Below are positions 15,182-24,627 of a stretch of DNA of 38,571 nt, piece after piece; position 1 is the stretch's first letter, and every line of letters starts with the position of its first letter. Origin of the DNA: a virus (Duplodnaviria; Caudoviricetes); IMG/VR virus record IMGVR_UViG_3300030372_004948, positions 1-38,571 of that record; one strand, written 5' to 3'. The notes beneath the pieces were generated by a model. It was not told the origin of the DNA and made no database searches. It worked only from the letters and a program-made list of their open reading frames with translations. Position numbers and translations under genes: made by a program.

Positions 15182-15452
15182 ACTGACCATCGTTAAAGGC
15201 AGCGCAACCGCAACACCCGGACAGCAGCTGGTATGGAAAGCCATAGCGGTCGCCACATCTGCGTGGGTAGACGCAGGTGACGCGCTGACAGACGCGCACG
15301 ACGGAGAAGATGTCGACCTCGTCGCTGCGCTTGAGTCCACTTACGCGCGACTCGGAATGGCTATCGAGGAGCTACAGGCTATCTCGGAGAAGCTCGACAA
15401 CCTCTTCCAGGCAGCCGACGACGTCATCAGCACAATCCCTGGTGCGAAATGA
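15174..15452 (+). CDS. Hypothetical helical protein (92 aa)
   Basis: AGGAG SD; overlaps both neighbours. Confidence 0.7.
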   Translation: MTELTIVKGSATATPGQQLVWKAIAVATSAWVDAGDALTDAHDGEDVDLVAALESTYARLGMAIEELQAISEKLDNLFQAADDVISTIPGAK

Positions 15453-16363
15453 AGATGCGCGAAATCTTTGAACGAGCCAGCAGGGGCCATGATACCGTCG
15501 AAGTTGGCGCCGCACGCTGGCCAGTGCCAAAGTCGGTGGCTCACTTGTGTACCCCAGAAGCAACCTTATCGACATTACATGGTTTGCGACTAGGAGAAGA
15601 CATATGCGCTTGTGGGCACCCGGTGGAGGCATCCTCCCTCTGTTCAGCGTGCGGTCGCCCTTACCAAACCCCTTGCTGCACTGAAGGGTGCGACGAATGG
15701 GTACACCCAGAGCCAAAAAGCGGCGCAGGGTGGTACCCGCCACCAAGCCAATGCAAGGCATGCACCGCTAAAGCCGAAAGAGCTCTGCGAGAAAGCCGTC
15801 TCAACTACGTCCCAAGGCGGCTTCTTGAGGCCTCTGCGGAATATGAGCGCCGAACTGAGCGAGAACCCGTAGACCAGGCGCTCCACAGCTGGATTAACGC
15901 CGACATGAACGACTCAATATGGGTCTCGGGGCCGAGAAAGGCCGGAAAATCCACCGCTGCGGCTCGTGCAGTTGCGAAACTGGTCATGAATGAGCGCGTA
16001 AAATGCGTGATGTGGCTCGAATATGAGGACTTCGTCAGCGCAGCAAAGCGATGCTACCTCGATGACAACGCCAATCAGTGGAAAATCATCGATATGGCCA
16101 TGCACGCAGAGTTGCTGGTACTAGATGATGTGTTTCCACAGGTCAGAAAGACCCCAAAGGGCAAGATATTGGGGGTCGAGCGCATGAGCGCGCATGTCGC
16201 GCAGACTTTCACTGACGTTCTGCGAAAAAGGCTGCACAATGGCCGGCCAACGCTGCTGACATCCACCCATACGGCCGAACAAGCGCTCGGTCACATGGGT
16301 GAACATGTTCTATCCTGGTGGCAGGGGGAGGGTATCGATGCCTGCATTAACCAAGAAGCCTAA
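15449..16363 (+). CDS. DnaC/IstB-like AAA+ ATPase (helicase loader) with Cys-rich N-terminus
   Basis: Walker A GPRKAGKS, Walker B LLVLDD, RPTLLTS; several CxC/CxxC pairs. Confidence 0.8.
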   Translation: MKMREIFERASRGHDTVEVGAARWPVPKSVAHLCTPEATLSTLHGLRLGEDICACGHPVEASSLCSACGRPYQTPCCTEGCDEWVHPEPKSGAGWYPPPSQCKACTAKAERALRESRLNYVPRRLLEASAEYERRTEREPVDQALHSWINADMNDSIWVSGPRKAGKSTAAARAVAKLVMNERVKCVMWLEYEDFVSAAKRCYLDDNANQWKIIDMAMHAELLVLDDVFPQVRKTPKGKILGVERMSAHVAQTFTDVLRKRLHNGRPTLLTSTHTAEQALGHMGEHVLSWWQGEGIDACINQEA

Positions 16364-16628
16364 ACGCGCTGGCCCGCTGACTCTTGGCAGCTATGTCAGG
16401 GAACTCAGGGCTGAAAACAAGGTTACTCTGCGAACCCTGTCCAAGCAGACTGGGATCAGCGTCGCATCACTGTTTCGACTCGAGCGGGGAGACCATGTCC
16501 CAAGCATACAGAGGGATATCGACGCGCTAGATAAGCTCTGGATTGTGCTCGGTGGCGACATGAACCAACTGCTGTACCTCTCTAGGAGGTGTCCTGTGTG
16601 TGAAGGGACGGGCAGAATCAGGGGTTGA
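16338..16628 (+). CDS. XRE-family HTH regulator with C-terminal CPVCEGTG
   Basis: LGSYVRELRAENKVTLRTLSKQTGISVASLFRLERG; GGAGG SD before ATG 16338. Confidence 0.85.
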   Translation: MPALTKKPKRAGPLTLGSYVRELRAENKVTLRTLSKQTGISVASLFRLERGDHVPSIQRDIDALDKLWIVLGGDMNQLLYLSRRCPVCEGTGRIRG

Positions 16629-16681
16629 CGGCAACCTAGCGCGGCCAAGCGCTTTGCCCTATGCTCCGCAAAGGAGGTCTT

Positions 16682-16921
16682 ATGGAAGAGAAACTGAAAA
16701 GCCAACTCGAGCAGCTCGGATTGCTCTTTGGCTACCCTCAAGAGGCTGACCACCAGGCACCGCTTGAGGCGGACACAGACGCACTCTACCAGAACGTCCT
16801 TCAATCGCTTGTCGAAGCTGGCGCCACCGAGGAAACGGTTGACGACCTGTTCCAAGCCGACATTGAGGAGTACACGCAACAGGTTGAGGCGGTCTTGGCC
16901 GCACACACGGTGGGAGGCTGA
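16682..16921 (+). CDS. Acidic hypothetical protein (79 aa)
   Basis: AAGGAGGT SD before ATG 16682. Confidence 0.75.
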   Translation: MEEKLKSQLEQLGLLFGYPQEADHQAPLEADTDALYQNVLQSLVEAGATEETVDDLFQADIEEYTQQVEAVLAAHTVGG

Positions 16922-16922
16922 T

Positions 16923-17933
16923 ATGGCGACCCTGCTCGTTCCAGAAAGTTACGCGGACATCAACACTGCGGTGGCAGCTGCTTCTAATGGTGACACGATC
17001 AGCATCGCTGACGGCACCTACACCGAGTACATCTACAACACTAAGCAGCTTACCTATACTGGACGCACAACAGACCCGACCGGGGTCGTCATTACAAACG
17101 GTGCGAACGCTTACACGATGGTTATCGGAACGGGCTCCGTCGTGACAGGCGTCACAGTTAACTACACCGGAGGTGTAGGCGCCGCTCGTTATGCCATTGT
17201 CGGCATGAGCTTTACCGCTGTAATCACAGTGGTAAACGTGCATATCAACACAAACGCTAGCGGCATCGGGCCAAGTGGGTGGGGCACGACCATCGACAGG
17301 TGCAAGATTGTATGCACCTACAAGGATGTTGGATACGCGACCTATGGGATATACCAAACCGCATCCGGGTCTGGCACGCCCACGTCTGTAGGCTCAACGC
17401 TTGTTCTCGACTTTAATCACGCCCAGATATACGCAGAGAACATTACCGTGGTGAACAGCGTGACATACACAAGCTATGTCAGGAACGCTTCGATCCGAGG
17501 CATGTATGCGACCCACCTGTTCAACTGCATTGCAGTGCTGGATGGACCGAACGGATATAGCGGGATCGGCGTGGCCAATGGGGGGTCGTCAACCAACTGT
17601 CTGGCGTTTGGCTGGGACGGCTCAAGCTATGGTGACTATACCTTTGGCAGCGGGACGACAAACACCAACAACCTAAGGGGAACCGACGTTACGGCGTCAG
17701 GCCAGCCTGTGTTTATCGACTCCGCTAATGACGACTTCCGGGTTGCCCCGGCAGGAGTCGCGTACCACTCAGGCAGCTACACGTTCCAGTCCACGTACAA
17801 CGCCTTCCTTAACGACCTGGCAGGAACTGCGTTTGACGACCCGCCCTCACGAGGCGCATACGAGCATGTCGCGTCTGGCGGCGGGACAACCACTAACGCC
17901 CGGTGTAGGCTCGGGCTCAAACTCGGCATATAG
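16923..17933 (+). CDS. Right-handed parallel beta-helix (pectin lyase-like) protein, possible tailspike/depolymerase
   Basis: VPESYADINTAVAAASNGDTISIADGTYTE start and PVFID..NDDFRV...RGAYE end; Thr/Gly/Asn-rich; GGAGG SD. Confidence 0.8.
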   Translation: MATLLVPESYADINTAVAAASNGDTISIADGTYTEYIYNTKQLTYTGRTTDPTGVVITNGANAYTMVIGTGSVVTGVTVNYTGGVGAARYAIVGMSFTAVITVVNVHINTNASGIGPSGWGTTIDRCKIVCTYKDVGYATYGIYQTASGSGTPTSVGSTLVLDFNHAQIYAENITVVNSVTYTSYVRNASIRGMYATHLFNCIAVLDGPNGYSGIGVANGGSSTNCLAFGWDGSSYGDYTFGSGTTNTNNLRGTDVTASGQPVFIDSANDDFRVAPAGVAYHSGSYTFQSTYNAFLNDLAGTAFDDPPSRGAYEHVASGGGTTTNARCRLGLKLGI

Positions 17934-17947
17934 CTCAGGAGAAGCTC

Positions 17948-18304
17948 ATGCAGTTCAATCGCAAAGTTCACGCAAATAGCCCAGCGCTCACGGCGGGTAG
18001 TGGGGTGCTTCAGCTCGCCTCCACCGCAGCAGCAGGCGCGTCACTGACGGCTGCCATCGCAACAGCTAACCCAAACGCCAATATCAACGAGGTCAATGGG
18101 CTGCTTATCTCGGCCTCGTCAGGCAACCCAGTCTATATTCGGACGACTGGTGGCGCGGATAGCACTGGGGTTTTTATCCCCGCAGGGCAGAACTTGTTTT
18201 TGCCTATCGCTGAGTGGCCTGCGGTTGAGCTTGAGTACCAGTGTGCATCGGCCGTGTCGGTCCTGGTCTTCCTCGCGCGCATGCCAAGGTTTAACAACAC
18301 CTGA
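17948..18304 (+). CDS. Hypothetical beta-rich protein (118 aa), possible virion accessory
   Basis: AGGAG SD; LLISA...NPVYI...GVFIPAG pattern of small beta-sandwich phage proteins. Confidence 0.65.
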   Translation: MQFNRKVHANSPALTAGSGVLQLASTAAAGASLTAAIATANPNANINEVNGLLISASSGNPVYIRTTGGADSTGVFIPAGQNLFLPIAEWPAVELEYQCASAVSVLVFLARMPRFNNT

Positions 18305-18681
18305 TGGGTGGTCGCAGTAGTCGGCAGAAGGGTAAGCGCGGTGAGCGTGAAGCCGCGCGACTCTTTACCGATCGGGGCTACCAGGCGCGTCGCGGTGACA
18401 GCCAGTCGGCTGGAGCTCGTGAGGCAGACGTCGAGGACACCCAGTTTTGGGTGGAGGTGAAGCGTGGGAAACGCTGCCCCATCAGGAGGGCAATTGCACA
18501 GAGCGAGGGTGACACAGATGGCCGTCCCACCCTCGTCCTCTGGCGGGACGATCGCTCAGATTGGCGAATCGACATGGGTGCTGATACCTTCTTTGCAATA
18601 CTGGATTCTTGCGGACCCTCCGACTGGGTCCTACCATATAAGCCGGACACGGAGGAACGTGATGGCCAAGTCGAAGACTAA
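18304..18681 (+). CDS. Holliday junction resolvase-like PD-(D/E)XK nuclease
   Basis: SRQKGKRGEREAA...ADV...VEVKR signature. Confidence 0.85.
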   Translation: MGGRSSRQKGKRGEREAARLFTDRGYQARRGDSQSAGAREADVEDTQFWVEVKRGKRCPIRRAIAQSEGDTDGRPTLVLWRDDRSDWRIDMGADTFFAILDSCGPSDWVLPYKPDTEERDGQVED

Positions 18682-18955
18682 AGCTGATGTCGAGAAGGAG
18701 CTCAAAGAGGCGCTGAAGGCGCTCAAAGACCTCGAGACGAGCGCGAGCTCAGGTCCAATCGACCTCTCGTGGCTCCCTGAGAAGTCGCAGAAGCAATGCG
18801 CCTACTTCCTTGAGCGCGCGTGCGAGAAGCGCAAGTGCGAGCCTGACCGAGTCATCGCTGCGTGTCTCGCTTGGGCTGCGCTCCAGTCGACTCAGCGACA
18901 TGGTATCCACCGGCTGATGCAGGGCATCGAGTTGTCTCTACGATGCAAAATCTAA
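18662..18955 (+). CDS. Hypothetical protein (97 aa, MAKSKTKAD...)
   Basis: GGAGG SD before ATG 18662. Confidence 0.7.
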   Translation: MAKSKTKADVEKELKEALKALKDLETSASSGPIDLSWLPEKSQKQCAYFLERACEKRKCEPDRVIAACLAWAALQSTQRHGIHRLMQGIELSLRCKI

Positions 18956-19395
18956 AAGAGCTCCGTTACGATCAGTCTCCTTCTGGCCCCTTCGTCTGGC
19001 TTATGGACTCGCTGATGGGTGCAGTCGAGGTGTGCGTGAAGGGAGACCCGTCGCTCACCGAGGTTGAGCGGGCCGTTGGTCTTCAGATCACGGCCATCCG
19101 AGACACCCAAGAGGCGCTCAAGATGCTCAAGCAGCGACGCATCACCAAGCGTGAGAAGGTCGCAATCCCGCTGCTCAAGGCTTACTTGGGTATGATCAGG
19201 GGCAATACCCTGGCCAAGACCTGGGAGAAGGGGCTCGCTAAACAGCACAAGGTGCAGCACAAGATGGACCGGCTCGGCAAAGACACGACCCGGTTCCTCC
19301 AGGCGCTCAACCTGGTCAGCCACCCTAAGACACCTATTACAGCTATCGCTCGAACGGTGGGGAAGTTTAAGAACCATGTCGAAGACCTACATTGA
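18943..19395 (+). CDS. Basic hypothetical protein (150 aa, MQNLKELRY...)
   Basis: Overlaps both neighbours in the operon. Confidence 0.7.
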   Translation: MQNLKELRYDQSPSGPFVWLMDSLMGAVEVCVKGDPSLTEVERAVGLQITAIRDTQEALKMLKQRRITKREKVAIPLLKAYLGMIRGNTLAKTWEKGLAKQHKVQHKMDRLGKDTTRFLQALNLVSHPKTPITAIARTVGKFKNHVEDLH

Positions 19396-19882
19396 TCGCT
19401 GCGCCGACCAAGTGCTTGAGCACATGGACACCATCGAGGCGATGCTGAGCATCGGGCACACCCGAACAGCTGCAGCAAAGGCTGTTGGCATGAAGCCAAC
19501 CGACTTCCACAACGTCGTCCGCGAGGGCAAGTCCAAGCGCGGCAAGTGCCACGATATCCTCATCACGGTCCTGAAGGCCGAGGGCCGAGCACAAGTGCGA
19601 CTTGAGACCATCGTCATCCGAGATGCCGAGGTCAACGTCAAGACCGCGCAGTGGCTGCTCGCTCGGCGCTTCCGGCTCAAAGAGCGTCACGAGCCTGAGA
19701 TCGATATCTTGCGTAAACTGGACTACAACCGTCTCGACCAAGAGGAGGTCAAGCTCAAGCTGCTCGAAGAGAAGCTGCGGCTGCTCCGAGAGAAGAGCGG
19801 TGAGAGCATGTCCTCTGACGATTGGCGCGCAATCATGGATGAGGCCAAGCAAGCCAAAGACCGTATCAAGTCTGTCCATTGA
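19376..19882 (+). CDS. terS: Probable terminase small subunit
   Basis: HTH-like TAAAKAVGM and KTAQWLLARRF motif; directly upstream of and overlapping terL. Confidence 0.65.
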   Translation: MSKTYIDRCADQVLEHMDTIEAMLSIGHTRTAAAKAVGMKPTDFHNVVREGKSKRGKCHDILITVLKAEGRAQVRLETIVIRDAEVNVKTAQWLLARRFRLKERHEPEIDILRKLDYNRLDQEEVKLKLLEEKLRLLREKSGESMSSDDWRAIMDEAKQAKDRIKSVH

Positions 19883-21468
19883 GGCAGAAGCAGCGCGAAG
19901 AGCTCCAGCGGTGCGCTTGGGACTTCCCATACTTCTGCGAGAAGTATCTCAAGATCTTAGACAAGCGTAAGAAGCTCGTGCCGTTGGTGCCCAACCCCAT
20001 CCAGGCGGACTTCGCTGACGTGATGGATAGGCAGCCGTTCACCTACGTGCTGAAGAGTCGTAAGGTCGGCATCTCCACGTTCGTCGCTGCTAAGTTCTTC
20101 TGGAAGGCTTTGTTCCGGCCCGGCTTCGAGGTCGCGGTTATCGCGCACACTGAGAAGGCTGTGCTCGAGAACATCGCGCCTATCTACCACCGCTTCTACG
20201 AGAACCTGCCGAAGTTCCTCCAGGTGCCGCTGAAGCACCAGACGGTACACAAGCTTCACTTCGCGCACGACAGCCGCATCATCATCGGCACTGCTAACAG
20301 CGAAGGTGCCCGTGGTGGTACGCCAGTAGCGCTGCACTGCTCGGAGTTCAGCCGGTACGAGAACCCCGACGACACGATGGCGGCGCTGTTCAACTCGCTG
20401 GGTGCAGACCCGGAGGTGGTGCTCGAGACCACCGCCAACGGCATGAACTTCGCCTACACCATGTGGATTGACGACGAGCTCGAATACCACAGGGTGTTCT
20501 ACCCATGGACTGAAGACCCGGACTGCGCGTCACCGAAGCACAAGTACAACACGCCTGATGAGATACAAGAGCTTGTCGATGAGTTTGAGCTCACCGATGA
20601 GCAGCGCAACTGGTTCACCGAGACCTACAGGCTCAAGTGCAACTCGAAGATGAGGATCCTCCAGCAGGAGTATCCCATCATTGCTGACCATGCGTTTGTG
20701 TCTTCAGGTGGTCGCTTCTTCCATGCGTCATACCCAGGTGGAGACCCGGAGCCTGGATACATTACATACGCAGAGCCTCAGAAATGGCACACGTATGTCA
20801 TGGGCGTTGACACCGCAAGCGGGGCCGATAAGGGAGACTACTCGGCCTTTTGCGTCATCGACGTGACCGACCCAAAGAAGATAAAGACGGTGGCTACGTT
20901 CTACGACCGCATCATGCCACGCGCCTTTGGCAAGCGGGTCTTGGCGGAGGCCTTGAAGTGGAAGGCCTTGGTTGTGCCAGAGGCCAACAGTTACGGTCTG
21001 ACCATCATCGAAGAACTCAGGCTCAAGAACTATCCGTACATCTATCACAAGCTCGACCAGAAGGACGGCGAGAACACTTGGACAAAGAAGTACGGCTTCT
21101 GGACTGACCGCGCGTCACGCCCTCTGATGCTGTCTAAACTCTATGAGGCGCTATACGACGGAGTCTTCGACGGCTGTGATCGGAGATTCCAAGGTGAGGC
21201 CAACCACTTCACTTACTCATCGAAGGGCAAGCCTGAGGCGCAAAGTGGTCACCATGACGACATGGTCATTGCCACAGCGCTCGCGGTTTACGGCTCACAC
21301 CAAGCGTCGATTGTGCGCGAAGACAGAATGAACGAGAAGCCTGAGAATATACGCGAGAGCTTGCAGTTCGAGCACAGGACAGGCAGAAACTATTCAGACG
21401 ACTGGGACGACTGGTATGGTGATGACGTCAACAAGTCGTACCCTCTAACAATAGAGGGGTCTTACTAG
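19879..21468 (+). CDS. terL: Terminase large subunit
   Basis: LKSRKVGIST Walker A, LHCSEF Walker B, LETTANG, MGVDTASG..GDYS, PEANSYG, HDDMVIA nuclease motifs. Confidence 0.95.
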   Translation: MRQKQREELQRCAWDFPYFCEKYLKILDKRKKLVPLVPNPIQADFADVMDRQPFTYVLKSRKVGISTFVAAKFFWKALFRPGFEVAVIAHTEKAVLENIAPIYHRFYENLPKFLQVPLKHQTVHKLHFAHDSRIIIGTANSEGARGGTPVALHCSEFSRYENPDDTMAALFNSLGADPEVVLETTANGMNFAYTMWIDDELEYHRVFYPWTEDPDCASPKHKYNTPDEIQELVDEFELTDEQRNWFTETYRLKCNSKMRILQQEYPIIADHAFVSSGGRFFHASYPGGDPEPGYITYAEPQKWHTYVMGVDTASGADKGDYSAFCVIDVTDPKKIKTVATFYDRIMPRAFGKRVLAEALKWKALVVPEANSYGLTIIEELRLKNYPYIYHKLDQKDGENTWTKKYGFWTDRASRPLMLSKLYEALYDGVFDGCDRRFQGEANHFTYSSKGKPEAQSGHHDDMVIATALAVYGSHQASIVREDRMNEKPENIRESLQFEHRTGRNYSDDWDDWYGDDVNKSYPLTIEGSY

Positions 21469-21500
21469 CCTGGCAGGGCGTTAAACATGCGAGGTAGATA

Positions 21501-22364
21501 ATGGGTATCCTAAGCGAAGAACGTTTCAATGAAATGGTAAGCCGACTCGAGGGCAACGAGCCCGCTGAGGAGGCTGTCGAAGCTCCAGAGGTATCCGCAG
21601 ATTCGTCCGAGCCCTCCGAGGACGTTAAAGAGGTGGAGAGCGATTCGTCTTCAGACACCGAGGACGTTAAAGAAGAGGTGGAGACGCAGGCGGATAGCGC
21701 AGAGGTCGAAGCTCCAAAGACCCCTGAGCACATTCCTTACAGCCGTTTCAAAGAGGTTAACGATAAGTTCCGTTCTCGAGACGAGGACCTCCAGCGTGCG
21801 ATGCAACGCATCCAAGACCTGGAGAAACTCACGCTTGCACAGCAACCGAAGACCCATCAGCCCCAGGTTGAGGAGAAGTCTGAGGACGCATGGCTGAATG
21901 AGATTTTTGGCGAGACCGAAGATCCGGCAGCCAAAGCCATGAAGCAGATGCGCGATGAAATGCGCTCAATGCAGCAGTGGCAGCAGGAGAGGACAGAGCA
22001 TCTCGTAACCGCTCAGCTCGAAGCTGAGATTGCAACGGCAGTAGAGAAGAACCCTGACGTCAAGGCAGCCGAGCTTTGGCAAGCAGTGGCGGCAGATGGC
22101 GCTATCGACATCGACAAGGCGGCTTCGTTCATTCAGAACCACCGCAATGAGATGCGACAGCAGTACAGGAGCGAGGCAAACTCTGAGATTGAAGAGCTCA
22201 AGGCCAAACTGGCTCAAGCGGAAAAGGCTGCTGAAGAGCAGAAGACCTTCCGCCGACCCAGTGCAACGGCTGCGGCTCCGACTCCAGAGCAAGGCAGGCC
22301 TCGCAGCATCGCCGACGCCACCGCAGCGTTTGCTGAAGCGCTTAAGGAGCGAGCGTCGTTCTAA
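21501..22364 (+). CDS. Capsid scaffolding protein
   Basis: Acidic N-terminus, IPYSRFKEVN motif, coiled coil; immediately before the capsid gene. Confidence 0.8.
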   Translation: MGILSEERFNEMVSRLEGNEPAEEAVEAPEVSADSSEPSEDVKEVESDSSSDTEDVKEEVETQADSAEVEAPKTPEHIPYSRFKEVNDKFRSRDEDLQRAMQRIQDLEKLTLAQQPKTHQPQVEEKSEDAWLNEIFGETEDPAAKAMKQMRDEMRSMQQWQQERTEHLVTAQLEAEIATAVEKNPDVKAAELWQAVAADGAIDIDKAASFIQNHRNEMRQQYRSEANSEIEELKAKLAQAEKAAEEQKTFRRPSATAAAPTPEQGRPRSIADATAAFAEALKERASF

Positions 22365-22390
22365 CCAATCTTTAATGAAGGAGAGGCATC

Positions 22391-23950
22391 ATGCCAGCAA
22401 CAGTAGGCATTAACGGAGCCGGCACTTTCGGCCCCATGCTCAAAGAGTTCTATCAAGGCCCAGTGGCCGAGCAGATCAACAACCGTGTCTGGATGCGCGA
22501 GTACTTCCAGAAGAAGTCGAAGGGCTGGACCGGTAAGCAGATGGTCATCCCTGTCCACGTTGGGCGCAACAGCGGCGTTGGCTTCCAGGGCGAGATGCCT
22601 GGTTTGCTTCCGACCGCCGGCCAGCAGCAGTATGCGGACCTCCGCATCAACAGCCACAGCTCCTACGGGCGCTTTCAGGTCAGTGGTCTCGCGATGGACA
22701 CTGCCACGACGGCTGGTGCTGGCGCTTTTGCTGGGGTTATGAGTGAGGAGATGGACCGCCTCGTGCGCGATGTCTCCAACAACGAGAACGCCATCAACAT
22801 CTTTGGTGGTCCGACCAAGGGCTTCCTGAATGAGCGTCGCGGCCTTGGCAACGACACAACTGGTGCCCAGACCGCCGCGCCCACCAACGTCAGCGCTGCC
22901 AACGCCAATGCTATCTGGCAGTATCAAGGGGACTTTAGCTACTTCGACGGCTCGCGCACTGGCGTGGCGGTGGACCCTGCCGTTGCGGCGTCGTGGGTGA
23001 AGGTGCGGCTCTACCGCATGGACACCTACGCTGAGATCTTGCCGGTAGACGCAGCGACAGAGTTGGTGCCCTCTGCTAACCCCAACATCTTCGTTACAAA
23101 CTTCAGCGCCGATCGAACCAACCCGACGATTACGCTTCGGCTTGGTTGCGACGACGCAGCCGCGCAGACGTTCACAACTGCTGGTGTTGGCGGGCAAGCA
23201 GCTATCTCTGTGGTTATCGCAGAGAGCGCCGCTGTTGGCGGCAACTTCCCAGTAGACAACCTGGGCGCCCAGTTTGGTCAGGACTCCCGTGTTTGGGCTA
23301 CAACTGTGTTGGGTGATGGTGCTCAGAACATCATCAACAACCAACCACGAGGTCTCTTTGAGAACCTCGCCAGCCCGACGCACTTCGGCAACGACCGGAC
23401 GACGGCGACTGGTGGCGCATCTTCCATCCTTCAGAGCACTATCGTCACGCACGACGTGGGCAACGGAGACCGTACCAACGCTGGTGCGGACCTGAGCCTC
23501 GAGCGCTTGCAGTACATGATGGACATCCTGATGCAGGACGCGGGTGTCGATGCGGACGTGATGGTGATGAACGCTCTCATGCGTCACCGCTACACGGTGC
23601 AGCTGACTGGTGTTCTGGGGTCGTATCAAGCGGCTGGCGATGGCTCTTACTCCAACGTCTCGGTCGACGGCTCAAGCGGCAAGCTGATGGAAAACCAGCA
23701 GAACCTTGCCTACGGCGGTGTGAAGTTCCAGTACGACCGGCACTTCCCTGTCTCGACCATCGCGCTCTTGCACAGCAAGGATTGGCTCTTGGCGGAGCTT
23801 GCTACCGGACAGTTCGCTGACGAGGACGGGAACATCCTCTTCCGCGTAACTGGCCAGGACGCCTACGAGGGCTTCTGGAAGCACCGGTACAACATCTGCT
23901 GCAAGCGGCCTAACGCTCAGGTGATCCTGACTGGCATTACGCCTACCTAG
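22391..23950 (+). CDS. Major capsid protein (519 aa)
   Basis: MLKEFYQGPVAEQIN, IPVHVGRNSG, LPTAG, YGRFQVSG pattern; strong SD; follows scaffold; terminator downstream. Confidence 0.88.
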   Translation: MPATVGINGAGTFGPMLKEFYQGPVAEQINNRVWMREYFQKKSKGWTGKQMVIPVHVGRNSGVGFQGEMPGLLPTAGQQQYADLRINSHSSYGRFQVSGLAMDTATTAGAGAFAGVMSEEMDRLVRDVSNNENAINIFGGPTKGFLNERRGLGNDTTGAQTAAPTNVSAANANAIWQYQGDFSYFDGSRTGVAVDPAVAASWVKVRLYRMDTYAEILPVDAATELVPSANPNIFVTNFSADRTNPTITLRLGCDDAAAQTFTTAGVGGQAAISVVIAESAAVGGNFPVDNLGAQFGQDSRVWATTVLGDGAQNIINNQPRGLFENLASPTHFGNDRTTATGGASSILQSTIVTHDVGNGDRTNAGADLSLERLQYMMDILMQDAGVDADVMVMNALMRHRYTVQLTGVLGSYQAAGDGSYSNVSVDGSSGKLMENQQNLAYGGVKFQYDRHFPVSTIALLHSKDWLLAELATGQFADEDGNILFRVTGQDAYEGFWKHRYNICCKRPNAQVILTGITPT

Positions 23951-23966
23951 CCCCCCGGCAAGGTGT

Positions 23967-24007
23967 AGAGGCGCAGCGTCGTTCCCCTTGGCGCTGCGCC
24001 TCTTTCT
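23967..24007 (+). terminator. Terminator hairpin after the capsid gene
   Basis: AGAGGCGCAGCG/CGCTGCGCCTCT 12-bp stem followed by a T-rich tract. Confidence 0.75.
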
Positions 24008-24011
24008 ATAT

Positions 24012-24167
24012 ATGCAAACAATCTTCTACTTCATCGCGTCTGTTGTGCTCATCGAGGCTGGCTACTTCTTGTGGCTGCTCATCGACAGAGAGCGATCTCT
24101 GCGGCAAGATGATGTTGCTGATATAGGTTTGCTCGACTCTATTCGGGAGGAGTTTCGCGATGGTTAG
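24012..24167 (+). CDS. Small membrane protein (51 aa, MQTIFYFIASVVLIEAGYFLWLLI...); not in the ORF track
   Basis: One TM segment; overlaps the start of the next gene. Confidence 0.6.
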   Translation: MQTIFYFIASVVLIEAGYFLWLLIDRERSLRQDDVADIGLLDSIREEFRDG

Positions 24168-24627
24168 TTTTGCAGATCCTCAGAGGGCGGCTCAGATACG
24201 CCAGCAAGCAGCGCAAAAAGCGCAGCAGGCGCATGAGTCTAAGTTTGGCTTTGACGACTTCCTTACTAAGATCTTGCTCCCGGTGGGTCTTGGTATCGCA
24301 ACCGGGGTGACCGGAGGGCTGGCAGCCCCAGCGGCGGCTGGAGTTGCAGGCGCTGTAGGGGCAGGGCTTTCCGGCGCTGCCGGAGGCATGGCTGCTGGCC
24401 AACAGATTGGCTCTGGCATTGAGAGCCTAGCAGATGGCAACACTGGTGCAGGTGTGGGCCAGCTTGTTGGTGGATTGGCCGGCGGTGTTGGAGGGCTCTT
24501 GCCCGCACCTGAAACAGCCCTTCAGGGCCAGCTGGCGGCTGCGGGCAGAGCACTGCCTGGCGTTCCAGACTATCAGCTTGCCATGCCAGCCATGAGGCCT
24601 CGGCCAACTGGCGCAAGATTCTTCTAA
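24160..24627 (+). CDS. Gly/Ala-rich glycine-zipper protein, possible pilot/ejection protein
   Basis: Repeated GxxxG hydrophobic stretches; GGAGG SD; TAATG coupling to the portal gene. Confidence 0.7.
   Translation: MVSFADPQRAAQIRQQAAQKAQQAHESKFGFDDFLTKILLPVGLGIATGVTGGLAAPAAAGVAGAVGAGLSGAAGGMAAGQQIGSGIESLADGNTGAGVGQLVGGLAGGVGGLLPAPETALQGQLAAAGRALPGVPDYQLAMPAMRPRPTGARFF

Noticed and set aside
16728-16922. Extended start of the beta-helix ORF
   Set aside because: Overlaps the 79-aa gene; GGAGG SD and the typical domain start favour ATG 16923
21616-21686. Direct repeat CCGAGGACGTTAAAGA in the scaffold gene
   Set aside because: Short in-frame duplication in a disordered acidic region; ordinary for scaffold proteins
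22361-23629. 422-aa antisense ORF over the capsid gene
   Set aside because: In-register shadow caused by avoidance of TTA/CTA/TCA codons; no motifs or expression signals seen
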